Part shown: in pieces, positions 39,937-52,964 of the stretch | How the letters are laid out: every line of letters begins with the position of its first letter | Numbering within the stretch: the first letter of the stretch is position 1 | From: Mizuhopecten yessoensis | Lineage: Eukaryota | DNA length: 64,000 nucleotides | Assembly (NCBI RefSeq): GCF_002113885.1 | Contig: NW_018479939.1 | Location: forward strand, 1-64,000 | Direction of reading: 5' to 3' | Notes under the pieces: generated by a model | Databases searched by the model: none | What the model saw: only the letters and a program-made list of their open reading frames with translations | What the model was told of the DNA's origin: nothing | Position numbers and translations under genes: made by a program

Positions 39937-40274
39937 GCATTGAGAGTGTGATATAACTTGCATTTGACCTGGATTTACATGGCTGTGTCGTCGATTAAGA
40001 AGAAACACTTACCCTTTCAGGACGCCTGATCTCATTCCATTGAACTTTTCCAACGGTCTCCGTGTAAATCTTTAATTTGCTCATATTTTGCTTTAGTTTT
40101 CTCAGTTTAGCGTTTAAATTGAAGTTTTATATACACTTCGTTATTCTGCTGTTGTTTTATGCGATGTAAGCAGTTATGGTGTTGTTTAGGCCTGTCGGTG
40201 GATTCCTGAACTATCAGAGAACATAGGAGGAGTCGATATCTTACTGTGAATTAATATTGTAACGGACTCTATAT

Positions 40275-40780
40275 TTCATTGATGATCTTCTTCATATATA
40301 ATTTCGGTGGCAACGTGTCAAGACATTCTAACAGAATGTTGACATACCCATGGACACAAACTGTGCCCTTATTTTGGACGACATTCTTTTTTCAAATTTG
40401 GATAAAATGATAAAAGACCTTAATGGACAGGTAAAAACGACATTGCCTTATTCCTCAACTTGACTTTTAGATATGAAAAAAATCTGTTTGTACCACCCGT
40501 AACTTAAAATCAAGGATACTACAGACGCTTTTACATGTAGATCAGCAGCTTATCTCGATCTTAACTTACGTACAGCAGGACCCACAGGACAATTTGATTT
40601 TATGATCATGAACTTTCCTTTTCTTCGTAGTAACAGCCCTGCATTCCCATGCTCACGTGTTTCAGTTATTCATTATTCACGGACTTGACTCGAAAAACCA
40701 GATAGCCGGGACAGATATCAAAATACTGATGGAAAAACTTACAATACTGGTTTTCGAGAGATGCACGTTGATGAAGACGT
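40275..40780 (+). mobile_element. Penelope-like retroelement RT relic (copies ~48855-49358, ~56475-56980)
   Basis: Broken translation IPMDTNCALILDDILF, NLTFRY, LKIKDTTD, SAAYLDL, FDFMIMNFPFLRSNSPA. These match the Penelope RT motifs GIPMGTNCAPLLADLFL / FRYIDD / EIKDTT / ASYLDL / FNF.IVNFPFL.SNIP. Confidence 0.8.
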
Positions 40781-41051
40781 GAAATTACTTAAATTTAACT
40801 GAAATTTAATTAGCGGAAGTCCTCGAAAAGGCAACAAGCTGTAACTCTTTGGAACACTAACTCTTCTTGACAGTTTTCAGTCTTTAAATGTTTCATTGGT
40901 TCATATATTCGGCAATAGTTTTAACAATTCTGAGTTTTGTCCATGCTCAATGATGTTATTAACGTGTATGCTGACGGTAGCTGTGTGCTTCTGAGGGACA
41001 TAATAATCAGTAGTTATGTAGTGAATTCTGGATCAAGCTAAACATTAATGG

Positions 41052-41445
41052 TGGTTTGGTTTGGTTTAATTTCGTTAACAGCTAAGGTCATTTAAGAACA
41101 TGCCTCCATGTGTGTCGTGTATGCGTGCTTGCGTGTGTTGTATGCAAGAGATAGGACATGTTGGCGCAGTTGGCGTGTTTGCCTCCTTGTGATAGCGCGG
41201 ATCTGATGCCGACTTTATAGTGCGATCTCACTGAAATAAAATGCCGAAGACACCCAGCACAGCATTCTGCCCAGTCCCATTATACTTACAACGGGTGAAC
41301 CAGTGGTTGCCATTCCCCTAAATGCTGAACGTTAAGCAGGGAAAAACAACTACCAATTTTTAAGGACTTTGGTATGTCCCGGCCTTGGGACAGAACCAAT
41401 TGCCTTCCTCACCTGGGCGAACGCTCACTGTTAAAGCCAATAGTG
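41052..41445 (-). mobile_element. tRNA-derived SINE (Meta-like core); copies ~49630-50005 and ~57252-57627
   Basis: Reverse-complement homolog of 27818-28183. Confidence 0.8.
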
Positions 41446-41984
41446 AGGTGTTGCCAAGCAAGGCGCTAGGAAATAAAAAGAAGTTAGATGTAGACAGAAA
41501 TCTTAAAAAAACCAAATATTGCAATGTATGCAGCTGATTTATTTTGGTCGCTTTTGTGTCCCCAAATAGGGGACACAAAAGCAAATCCCCAATTCTGCAG
41601 GGGGTTCCCTCATAAGCCGCGTCCATGCGATACAACGATACATGCGGTGTGTGACAGCAAGTGTATTTTTTCCCGATCCCCCACCTGCAGGGTGGACATT
41701 AATAGTGGAAATATTTATCAACGTTATGTATATATGTGATAAAATGATCAAGCCTACATATTATTTGTGACAATTGTATCAAATTATTGGTGCCAGGTGT
41801 ATCATGACTAGATCTACACAACATATACAATACTTGTTACACCTGCCACCAGCTATCACACCTTGATACATATACATGCTGTATGTGTATCAAGATGAGA
41901 CAGCTGCTGACATAGTACATCAACTCATGTATCGTCATGGTCATTTTAACAAAGAGTAAAATATATGGTTAATGCCACTGTAAA

Positions 41985-43000
41985 GCTTATCTTGTATCCA
42001 AGGTCAATACGACGTTCATACAGGTACAGTACCATCTACATGTACCTGATATCTACTGTATAAACAGCAAAGTCAATCTTGTATCCAAGGTCAATACCAT
42101 GTTCGTACAGGTACAGTACCATCTACCTTATATCTATTGTATAAACAGCAAAGTCAATCTTGTATCTAACGTCAATACCATGTACATGCAGGTACAGTAC
42201 CATCTACCTTATATATACTGCATAAACAACAAAGTCAATCTTGTATCTAACGTCAATATCGTGTACATANATGCGATACAACGATACATGCGGTGTGTGA
42301 CAGCAAGTGTATTTTTTCCCGATCCCCCACCTGCAGGGTGGACATTAATAGTGGAAATATTTATCAACGTTATGTATATATGTGATAAAATGATCAAGCC
42401 TACATATTATTTGTGACAATTGTATCAAATTATTGGTGCCAGGTGTATCATGACTAGATCTACACAACATATACAATACTTGTTACACCTGCCACCAGCT
42501 ATCACACCTTGATACATATACATGCTGTATGTGTATCAAGATGAGACAGCTGCTGACATAGTACATCAACTCATGTATCGTCATGGTCATTTTAACAAAG
42601 AGTAAAATATATGGTTAATGCCACTGTAAAGCTTATCTTGTATCCAAGGTCAATACGACGTTCATACAGGTACAGTACCATCTACATGTACCTGATATCT
42701 ACTGTATAAACAGCAAAGTCAATCTTGTATCCAAGGTCAATACCATGTTCGTACAGGTACAGTACCATCTACCTTATATCTATTGCATAAACAGCAAAGT
42801 CAATCTTGTATCTAACGTCAATACCATGTACATACAGGTACAGTACCATCTACCTTATATATACTGCATAAACAACAAAGTCAATCTTGTATCTAACGTC
42901 AATATCGTGTACATACAGGTACAGTACCATCTACCGTATATCCAAAGTCAAGGTCACGTAAACTGTATAAAAAGCAAAGTCAATCTTGTATCTGACAAGG
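41985..43000. repeat. 81/84-bp minisatellite, interrupted by an assembly duplication (copies ~50468-51085, ~58090-58625)
   Basis: Unit gtcaatcttgtatctaacgtcaataccatgtacatacaggtacagtaccatctaccttatatctactgtataaacagcaaa. Copy number differs between the segmental copies. Confidence 0.9.
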
Positions 43001-43436
43001 TCATCGAGATATTCAGGTACAGCACATTTCATCATATATATCAAAAGTCAAGGTCAAAGACATATACAAGTACAATACAATCAATATTGCTTCTATGATA
43101 GAAGTCATACTTGTTTTCAGTACAATTAACTCTGCATTATGTTCAAGGTCACAGACAAACCATCTATAGTGTATCTACATTGTATAAGGTGAAGGTCACA
43201 GACACACAGGTACAGTATCACCTTTATTGTCGTTTCTTTGGCCAAGATCATAGACACACAGGTCTTTATCAAATCTATAATCATACCAGAAAAATAAATT
43301 TTGAATGCATGATTTCATAATTTTATTGTGGTATGGTAATCCTTAACCACTGAGTGTTTTGAAGAGAGTTAAACATTTTATACTTGTTCTCTATCACATA
43401 ATATCAGACTCTCATACATAGAATTATTGATTGGTG

Positions 43437-43505
43437 CTAAGAATTATCAGTAACTTTTGTTGTGATTCTTAAACCATGCATATCCTTTATCTGTTCTTTG
43501 AGTGC
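43437..43505 (-). pseudogene. BOLA3: Duplicated BOLA3 terminal coding exon, copy 1 (ALKEQIKDMHGLRITTKVTDNS*)
   Basis: Intact acceptor ttttctgattttAG, 69 bp, in-frame TAG, AATAAA at 43327-43322. The duplicated unit has no upstream exons. Confidence 0.85.
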
Positions 43506-43514
43506 CTAAAATCA

Positions 43515-44902
43515 GAAAACAATAGAACATCATAAATAATCACAAAACAATAGACCATCATAAATAATCATGAAACAATAGACAATCATAAATGATCACA
43601 AAACAATAGACCTCCATAAATAATCACAATACAATAGACCATCATAAATGATAATAAAACAATAGACCACCATAAATAATCACAAAAAAAATAACCACCA
43701 AAAATAATCACAAAACAAAAGGCAATCATAAATAATCATGAAACAATAAATAATCACAAAACAAAAGACCACAATAAATAATCACAAAACAATACCCAAT
43801 CATATACAATCACAAAACAATAGACCACCATAAATAATCACAATACAATAGACCATCATAAATAATAATAAATCAATAGAACCACCATAAATTATCACAA
43901 AACAATAGACAATCATATACAATCACAAAACAATAGGCAACCCTAAATAATCACAAAAAATAAACCACCAGAAGTAATCACAAAACAATAGGCAATTATA
44001 AATAATCATGAAACAATAAATAATCATAAAACAATAGACCACCATAAATTATCACAAAACAATAAACAATCATATATAATCACAAAACAATAGACCACCA
44101 TAAATAATCACAAAACAATAGACCATCATAAATAATCACAAAACAATAGAAAACCTTAAATAATCACAAAACAATAGACAATCATAAATAATTACAAAAT
44201 TATAGAAAATCTTAAATAATCACAAAAAAATAGACAATCATAAGTAATCACAAAACAATAGACAATCATAAATAATCATTAAACAATAGACAACCCTAAA
44301 TAATCACAAAACAATAGATCACCTTAAATAATCACAAAACAATAGACAACCATAAATAATCACAAAACAATAGCCAATCATAAATAATCACAAAACAATA
44401 GACCTTCATAAATAATCATTAAACAATAGACAACCCTAAATAATCACAAAACAATAGACAGCCCTAAATAATCACAAAACAATAGACCTTCATAAATAAT
44501 CACGAAACAATAGACAATCATAAATAATCACAAAACAATAAAAAACCTTAAATAATTACAAAACAATAGACAATCATAAGTAGTCACAACACAATAGACA
44601 ATCATAAATAATCATTAAACAATAGACAACCCTAAACAATCCCCAAATAATAGACCACCTTAATTAATCACAAAACAATAGAAAATCATAAATAATCACA
44701 AAACAATAGACAACCCTAAATAATCACAAAACAATAGACAATCATAAGTAATCACAAAACAATATACTATCATAAATAATCATTAAACAATAGACAACCC
44801 TAAATAATCACAAAACAATAGACCACCTTAAATAATCACAAAACAATAGACAATCATAAATAATCATGAATCAATAGACAATCATAAGTAATCACAAAAC
44901 AT
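43515..44902. repeat. 28-bp minisatellite (duplicated BOLA3 last-intron repeat)
   Basis: acaaaacaatagacaatcataaataatc in tandem, more diverged than the 62003-62925 array. Confidence 0.95.
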
Positions 44903-45002
44903 TGCCATAAAAAGGGTATTTGGGACGTGAAGCTATACAGCTTATGATTTACAAATATTTTCTAGTTTAAACTATCTCTCCAGTGTGTATCGGTATAATA
45001 AA

Positions 45003-45149
45003 ACGGTTAAAGTATGGGGTTGAGGCATATATAGCAAGTTTCTGGTGTCCCTTGACCATGCCTATTTCCCTCGGCTTCGCCTCGGGAAATCGACCTGGTC
45101 TCGGGACACCAGAAACTTGCTATATCCCTCAATCCCATAATCTAACTGT
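45003..45149. mobile_element. Palindromic non-autonomous element near the duplication junction (copy 53065-53211)
   Basis: Arms atatagcaagtttctggtgtccc / gggacaccagaaacttgctatat around a cctcggcttcgcctcgg centre. The structure recalls Crypton-associated palindromic elements, but the family call is tentative. Confidence 0.7.
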
Positions 45150-48100
45150 ATACTAAGTATATTCTGTCCTATCATGTTAACGTTGTTAAAAACTACGTGA
45201 CCCTTTCTACAATTTACTTGTGTCTGCTATCTTTACATCTTTACGAGCTACGCTACACAAACTAGTTTCTACATCCATGTGTATGCATTGATGAGTTTTA
45301 TTATTAAATATGTCTTGAGTTTGTAATTATTAATTGTTTGTCACTTTTTTAGTATAAATTAAGTCAAAGGTAGGTGACATTTATTGTAAATCATGTCATA
45401 TATCAGCTTTACTATAGATTACGTGAAAAGTTTATGGATGTTATCATGTAGTATGTCGTGAGTTTGTGAGTTTTAATAAACTATGTCATACGTTTGAAAA
45501 TGTTATTGTTTATGTACTTTTCAATACGGCCAGGTTTGGCGCCGGAGAAAACCGGAGTTCATGGGGAAAAAACACCGACCGGCGGTCATACCTGGCGACT
45601 GCCCCACGTAAGGTTCGAACCCACGACCCTATTTATTATAAAGTATGTCATCGACAGAATTTCGATATGCATGTAAATATAATTATCAACTATGTTTGTT
45701 ATCTTTGTTATACAACTATCACATAGCTTTATGAAATCTGACTATTAACTTTGACTATGTCATAAAGTTGGGTGTTTTATTAGACACTATGTCATAAAGT
45801 TGGGTGTTTTATCAGACACTATGTCATAAGTTTGGGAGTTTTATTAGACACTATGTCGTAAATTTGGGAGTTTTATTATGACACTATGTCATAACTTTTC
45901 AGGGGGGTTTTTTGGGGTTTTTTTTTTTTTGTCAAATATGCCTTTTATCGTTTTACGTTATAAATTGTATTCTATATGTGTAAGCCTTATTATAAACAAC
46001 GAAATAAGTCATGAATTTTATTGTTTAGCCCATCCTTAGTTTGGAACTGTATATTGTCAAGATGTCTTTTCCTTTTGTTTGTTATTTGTCTGGAGCATAT
46101 GTTCCTATGTATCGACTTTGGTTGCAATAATTGTCTTCCTTTATTTTTATTTTTATTTATTTTTTTCCTAATTTATCACTTATACCTAAAACCTACATGT
46201 TAAAGTTTTAATGATGAAAATGTTTCGAAGAAACCATTCTGTGGTTGTTTAAACTCAGGACTCGCTAAAAGTTGTTTAAAGTATTCATTGTGCAAAATCT
46301 GTCTCCATTGTGTTGATGATCACGAAATAATTCTATTTATAGAAACTAGGTACATATCGTAGCCCCAGTTTGACCAGACAGAAGCTAAGTCGTGATAACC
46401 AACACAATATCAAGTGTGTGATCTGATTTATAAACTAGGACAGGCCTACTATTTAAAGTCTCGTTGCTCGGGTTTTACATTTTACTTGTACCGGTGTAAG
46501 TTACCGTTTCAATCATGAAGGTTATAAAAGAATAAATATTTCCATTTGATTTAGGTACATCTGTATTTTGCGGCACTTTGTGATAAATCAAGCTAGCTTG
46601 TTGATCTAGAGTTTGGCGACCGCGCTCTAAACATATGGTGGGTAAAATAATGAATAAAACTACGAAGAAATGAATCACCTATAAAAAGTTCGTTCTTAGA
46701 TTCAATTTTACAACAAAATAGTACTGCACCATATGACCATTTCGGCCATTAAGAAAAACTTAAGGAGACTTAAAGGTTAAACAAATGAAATCTCCATATC
46801 TGAAGTGTTCGGAAGCATATATACAGCAAAAACACAGCAAAATGTGCATATAAAACATTTCATCAACGTTACAAATTTAAAAAACCTTAAACTAGTTTTT
46901 TATTACAAGATATTGATTATTTTTTACGGGTGTCAGGTTCTTGGGTAAAATCAGTTAATTTTCATAGCTCGCAGACATTGCATAACACTACAGTCCGCAA
47001 TTTTCAGCTTTTACTTTAGGTTCCTTGTCCCCTTTCTTTAGCAAAGAATTTTTCTTTCGAGAAAAATTGTCGAGAAGCTCATAACAGTAACCTAGCAGGT
47101 ATTTTTTCTATTTCATTGAACCAACTATTAACATCAGAGTTAATATATATATATGTTTCTCAATCGTTAATTCCGAGGATTGTGTCCCCCTACTGAACAT
47201 GTGTACGTTATACCACGGACTTAGATAACAATTTAATTCCATGGTTATACTGCAGTATCTGGTGGATAGTTGAAGCCTCATCAATGTTATGAGAACACGT
47301 TGTGCTTTCTCTAGGTTTCCTCATCCTCAAACTTCCAGGGATTACGCATTCTAAATCACGTTTTCTTCACTCTTGGAATATGTAATGACGATATCGAAGC
47401 AAGTGATTGTAAATCAAGTTTACTTGTATCATCCACAAGGTCGCGCATTCATATCATTGAGTTGATAACGTGAGTGAGCGTAAAGTACCTGTTGAGCTCT
47501 TACGTGAGGTCAATCGGGAACAGTCGGCACTTTCCGTAAACGATTCCCGATTGACGTGAGGTATATAAAATTTCGGCGAATTTCGATCCCTAAAAACAAC
47601 ATAATTATTGACAACCTCGATCGCTTATATATATAACCTGAATTAAAATCAAAGAAAGTTCAGTCTACAGACACTTCAACAAGCGCTTTTCTCGGTCTTT
47701 ATTTGTAACATGTCTAACCACAGGAACTTGAATTTCTATCAGAATGCGTTAAGGGGGTGTATATATTGGGCTTAATCAGTTCTCTGAGCTTAAATACGGT
47801 AAGGGGGGGGGGTTATATATTGGGCTTAATCAGTTCTCTGAGCTTAAATAGACCATTCTGATAGAAATTCAAGTTCCTGTGGTCTAACAGAGACAGCTTA
47901 CTACTAAGCTGTACATTAAACATGACTATTTTGATTTCCTATCGTGATCTTTTTGATAATGCATGTACATGTAGCATATATATCACTGCTTCTCCAGACG
48001 CAGTTGGGTTGGTTTGGTATTCAAGAGCTTACTCCGAATAGCAAGACTTCGGTAACAGATGTCGAATGCTAACAGATAAACTTAAATCCACGGAATTAGA

Positions 48101-51100
48101 TTATCTAAGTCCGTGTTAAAACACAGGATTTGGTGTTGCTTCGTTATCAATACTCCGAAACTAGCCTTCATCACAAGGACCTGATGGTTTGTTACAGCTA
48201 TATTTGGACCTGTTCTACGGTGTCCAGTGTAATTGTACATGTTTTGGGGGTTTAAATCGACTTTCGGTAAAATGCCACCCCAATTATTATATATATAAGA
48301 CTCATTAGACAATGGATAATAATTTGTGAACCGTTTTGAGACGACCTACAAACTAGGATGTGATAAAGCGGTATATAAGAACCTCCAATTATTATTAATT
48401 ATTAGGGGTGCATTTTTACCGAAAGTCGATATAAACCCCTAAATCATGTAAAAGTACTCTGAACGCCTTAGTTTATAGGTCCAAACATAGCTCTAACACA
48501 TCATCAGGTCCCTGTGGCATTGAGAGTGTGATATAACTTGCATTTGACCTGGATTTACATGGCTGTGTCGTCGATTAAGAAGAAACACTTACCCTTTCAG
48601 GACGCCTGATCTCATTCCATTGAACTTTTCCAACGGTCTCCGTGTAAATCTTTAATTTGCTCATATTTTGCTTTAGTTTTCTCAGTTTAGCGTTTAAATT
48701 GAAGTTTTATATACACTTCGTTATTCTGCTGTTGTTTTATGCGATGTAAGCAGTTATGGTGTTGTTTAGGCCTGTCGGTGGATTCCTGAACTATCAGAGA
48801 ACATAGGAGGAGTCGATATCTTACTGTGAATTAATATTGTAACGGACTCTATATTTCATTGATGATCTTCTTCATATATAATTTCGGTGGCAACGTGTCA
48901 AGACATTCTAACAGAATGTTGACATACCCATGGACACAAACTGTGCCCTTATTTTGGACGACATTCTTTTTTCAAATTTGGATAAAATGATAAAAGACCT
49001 TAATGGACAGGTAAAAACGACATTGCCTTATTCCTCAACTTGACTTTTAGATATGAAAAAAATCTGTTTGTACCACCCGTAACTTAAAATCAAGGATACT
49101 ACAGACGCTTTTACATGTAGATCAGCAGCTTATCTCGATCTTAACTTACGTACAGCAGGACCCACAGGACAATTTGATTTTATGATCATGAACTTTCCTT
49201 TTCTTCGTAGTAACAGCCCTGCATTCCCATGCTCACGTGTTTCAGTTATTCATTATTCACGGACTTGACTCGAAAAACCAGATAGCCGGGACAGATATCA
49301 AAATACTGATGGAAAACTTACAATACTGGTTTTCGAGAGATGCACGTTGATGAAGACGTGAAATTACTTAAATTTAACTGAAATTTAATTAGCGGAAGTC
49401 CTCGAAAAGGCAACAAGCTGTAACTCTTTGGAACACTAACTCTTCTTGACAGTTTTCAGTCTTTAAATGTTTCATTGGTTCATATATTCGCCAATAGTTT
49501 TAACAATTCTGAGTTGTGTCCCTGCTCAATGATGTTATTAACGTGTATGCTGACGGTAGCCGTGTGCTTCTGATGGACATAATAATCAGTAGTTATGTAG
49601 TGAATTCTGGATCAAGCTAAACATTAATGGTGGTTTGGTTTGGTTTAATTTTTTTAACAGCTAAGGTCATTTAAGAACATGCCTCCATGTGTGTCGTGTA
49701 TGCGTGCTTGCGTGTGTTGTATGCAAGAGATAGGATATGTTGGCGCAGTTGGCGTGTTTGCCTCCTTGTGATAGCGCGGATCTGATGCCGACTTTATAGT
49801 GCCTCTCACTGAAATAAATGCCGAAGACACCCAGATCAGTATTCCGCCGAGTCACATTATACTTACAACAGGTGAACCAGTGGTTGCCATTCCTCTAAAT
49901 GCGGAACGTTAAGCAGGGAAAAACAACTACCAATTTTTAAGGACTTTGGTATGTCCCGGCCTGGGGACAGAACCATTGCCTTCCTCACTGCTAAAGCCAA
50001 TAGTGAGGTGTTGCCAAGCAAGGCGCTAGGAAATAAAAAGAAGTTAGATGTAGAAAGAAATCAAAAAACCCAAATATTGCAATGGGTGCAGCAGATTTAT
50101 TTTGGTCGCTTTTGGGACACAAAAGCAAATCCCCAATTCTGCAGGGGGTTCCCTCATAAGCCGCCTCCGACGATACATGCGGTGTGTAACAGCAAGTGTA
50201 TTTTTCCCCCATCCCCTACCTGCAGAGTGGACATTAATAGTGGAAATATTTATCAACGTTATGTATATATGTGATAAAATGATCAAGCATACATATTATT
50301 TGTGACAATTGTATCAAGGTATCAAATTATTGGTGCCAGGTGTATCGTGACTAGATCTACTCAACATATACAATACTTGTTACACCCGTCACCAGCTACA
50401 TGTATCACACATTGATACATATGTACATGCTGTATGTGTATCAAGGTGAGACAGCTGCTGACATAGTAAATCTTGTATCTAACAAGGTCAATACCAGGTA
50501 CATACAGGTACAGTACCATCTACCTTATACCAACTGTATAAACAGCAAAGTCAATCTTGTATCTAACAAGGTCAATACCATGTACATACAGGTACAGTAC
50601 CATCTACCTTATATCTACTGTATAAACAACAAAGTCAATCTTGTATCTAACGTCAATACCTTGTACGTACAGGTATAGTACCATCTACTTTATATCTACT
50701 GTATAAACAGCAAAGTCAATCTTGTATCTAACGTCAATACCATGTACATTCAGGTACAGTACCATCTACCTTATATCTACTGTATAAACAGCCAAGTCAA
50801 TCTTGTATCTAACGTCAATACCATGTACATACAGGTACAGTACCATCTACTTTATATCCAAAGTCAAGGTCATGTATACTGTATAAACAGCAAAGCCAAT
50901 CTTGTATCCAAGGTCAATACCATGTACATACAGGTACAGTACCATCTACCTTATATCTACTGCATAAACAGCAAAGTCAATCTTGTATCTGACAAGGTCA
51001 ATACCATGTACATACAGGTACAGTACCATCTACCTTATATCTACTGCATAAACAGCAAAGTCAATCTTGTATCTGACAAGGTCATCGAGATATTCAGGTA

Positions 51101-51517
51101 CAGCACATTTCATCATATATATCAAAAGTCAAGGTCAAAGACATATACAAGTACAATACAATCAATATTGCTTCTATGATAGAAGTCATACTTGTTTTCA
51201 GTACAATTAACTCTGCATTATGTTCAAGGTCACAGACAAACCATCTATAGTGTATCTACATTGTATAAGGTGAAGGTCACAGACACACAGGTACAGTATC
51301 ACCTTTATTGTCGTTTCTTTGGCCAAGATCATAGACACACAGGTCTTTATCAAATCTATAATCATACCAGAAAAATAAATTTTGAATGCATGATTTCATA
51401 ATTTTATTGTGGTATGGTAATCCTTAACCACTGAGTGTTTTGAAGAGAGTAAAACATTTTATACTTGTTCTCTATCACATAATATCAGACTCTCATACAA
51501 AGAATTATTGATTTGTG

Positions 51518-51586
51518 CTAAGAATTATCAGTTACTTTTGTTGTGATTCTTAAACCATGCATATCCTTTATCTGTTCTTTGAGTGC
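51518..51586 (-). pseudogene. BOLA3: Duplicated BOLA3 terminal coding exon, copy 2 (ALKEQIKDMHGLRITTKVTDNS*)
   Basis: Intact acceptor, 69 bp, TAG, AATAAA at 51408-51403. Confidence 0.85.
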
Positions 51587-51595
51587 CTAAAATCA

Positions 51596-52964
51596 GAAAA
51601 CAATAGAACATCATAAATAATCACAAAACAATAGACCATCATAAATAATCATGAAACAATAGACAATCATAAATGATAACAAAACAATAGACCTCCATAA
51701 ATAATCACAATACAATAGACCATTATAAATGATAATAAAACAATAGACCACCATAAATAATCACAAAAAAAATAACCACCAAAAATAATCACAAAACAAA
51801 AGGGAATCATAAATAATCATGAAACAATAAATAATCACAAAACAAAAGACCACAATAAATAATCACAAAACAATACCCAATCATATATAATCACAAAACA
51901 ATAGACCACCATAAATAATCACAATACAATAGACCATCATAAATAATAATAAAACAATAGAACCACCATAAATAATCACAAAACAATAGACAATCATATA
52001 CAATCACAAAACAATAGGCAACCCTAAATAATCACAAAAAAATAAACCACCAGAAGTAATCACAAAACAATAGGCAATTATAAATAATCATGAAACAATA
52101 AATAATCATAAAACAATAGACCACCATAAATTATCACAAAACAATAGACAATCATAAATAATCACAAAACAATAGAAAACCTTAAATAATTACAAAACAA
52201 TAAACAATCATCAGTAATCACAAAACAATAGACAATCATAAATAATCATTAAACAATAGACCATCATAAATAATCACAAAACAATAGAAAACCTTAAATA
52301 ATCACGAAACAATAGACAATCATAAATAATCACAAAACAATAGAAAACCTTAAATAATTACAATACAATATACAATCATAAGTAATCACAAAACAAAAGA
52401 CAATCATAAATAATCATTAAACAATAGACAACCCTAAATAATCACAAAACAATAGACCTTGATAAATAGTCACGAAACAATAGACAATCATAAATAATCA
52501 CAAAACAATAGAAAACCTTAAATAATTACAAAACAATAGACAATCATAAGTAGTCACAACACAATAGACAGCCCTAAATAATCATTAAACAATAGACAAC
52601 TCTAAATAATTACAAAACAATAGACAATCATAAGTAGTCACAACACAATAGACAATCATAAATAATCATTAAACAATAGACAACCCTAAATAATCACAAA
52701 ACAATAGACCTTGATAAATAGTCACGAAACAATAGACAATCATAAATAATCACAAAACAATAGAAAACCTTAAATAATTACAAAACAATAGACAATCATA
52801 AGTAGTCATGAGATCACAAAACAATAGACAATGATAAATAATCATTAAACAATAGACAACCCTAAATAATCACAAAACAATAGACCACCTTAAATAATCA
52901 CAAAACAATAGACAATCATAAATAATCATGAAACAATAGACAATCATAAGTAATCACAAAACAT
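51596..52964. repeat. 28-bp minisatellite, copy 2
   Basis: Same unit as 43515-44902. Confidence 0.95.

Larger units (their letters stand above)
36447..45155 (+). repeat. Tandem segmental duplication, copy 1 (~8.06 kb after removing the 646-bp artefact)
   Basis: The anchor agtatattctgtcct occurs at 36447, 45156 and 53218. Identical spurious ORFs recur (e.g. 37858/46475/54866). Confidence 0.95.
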
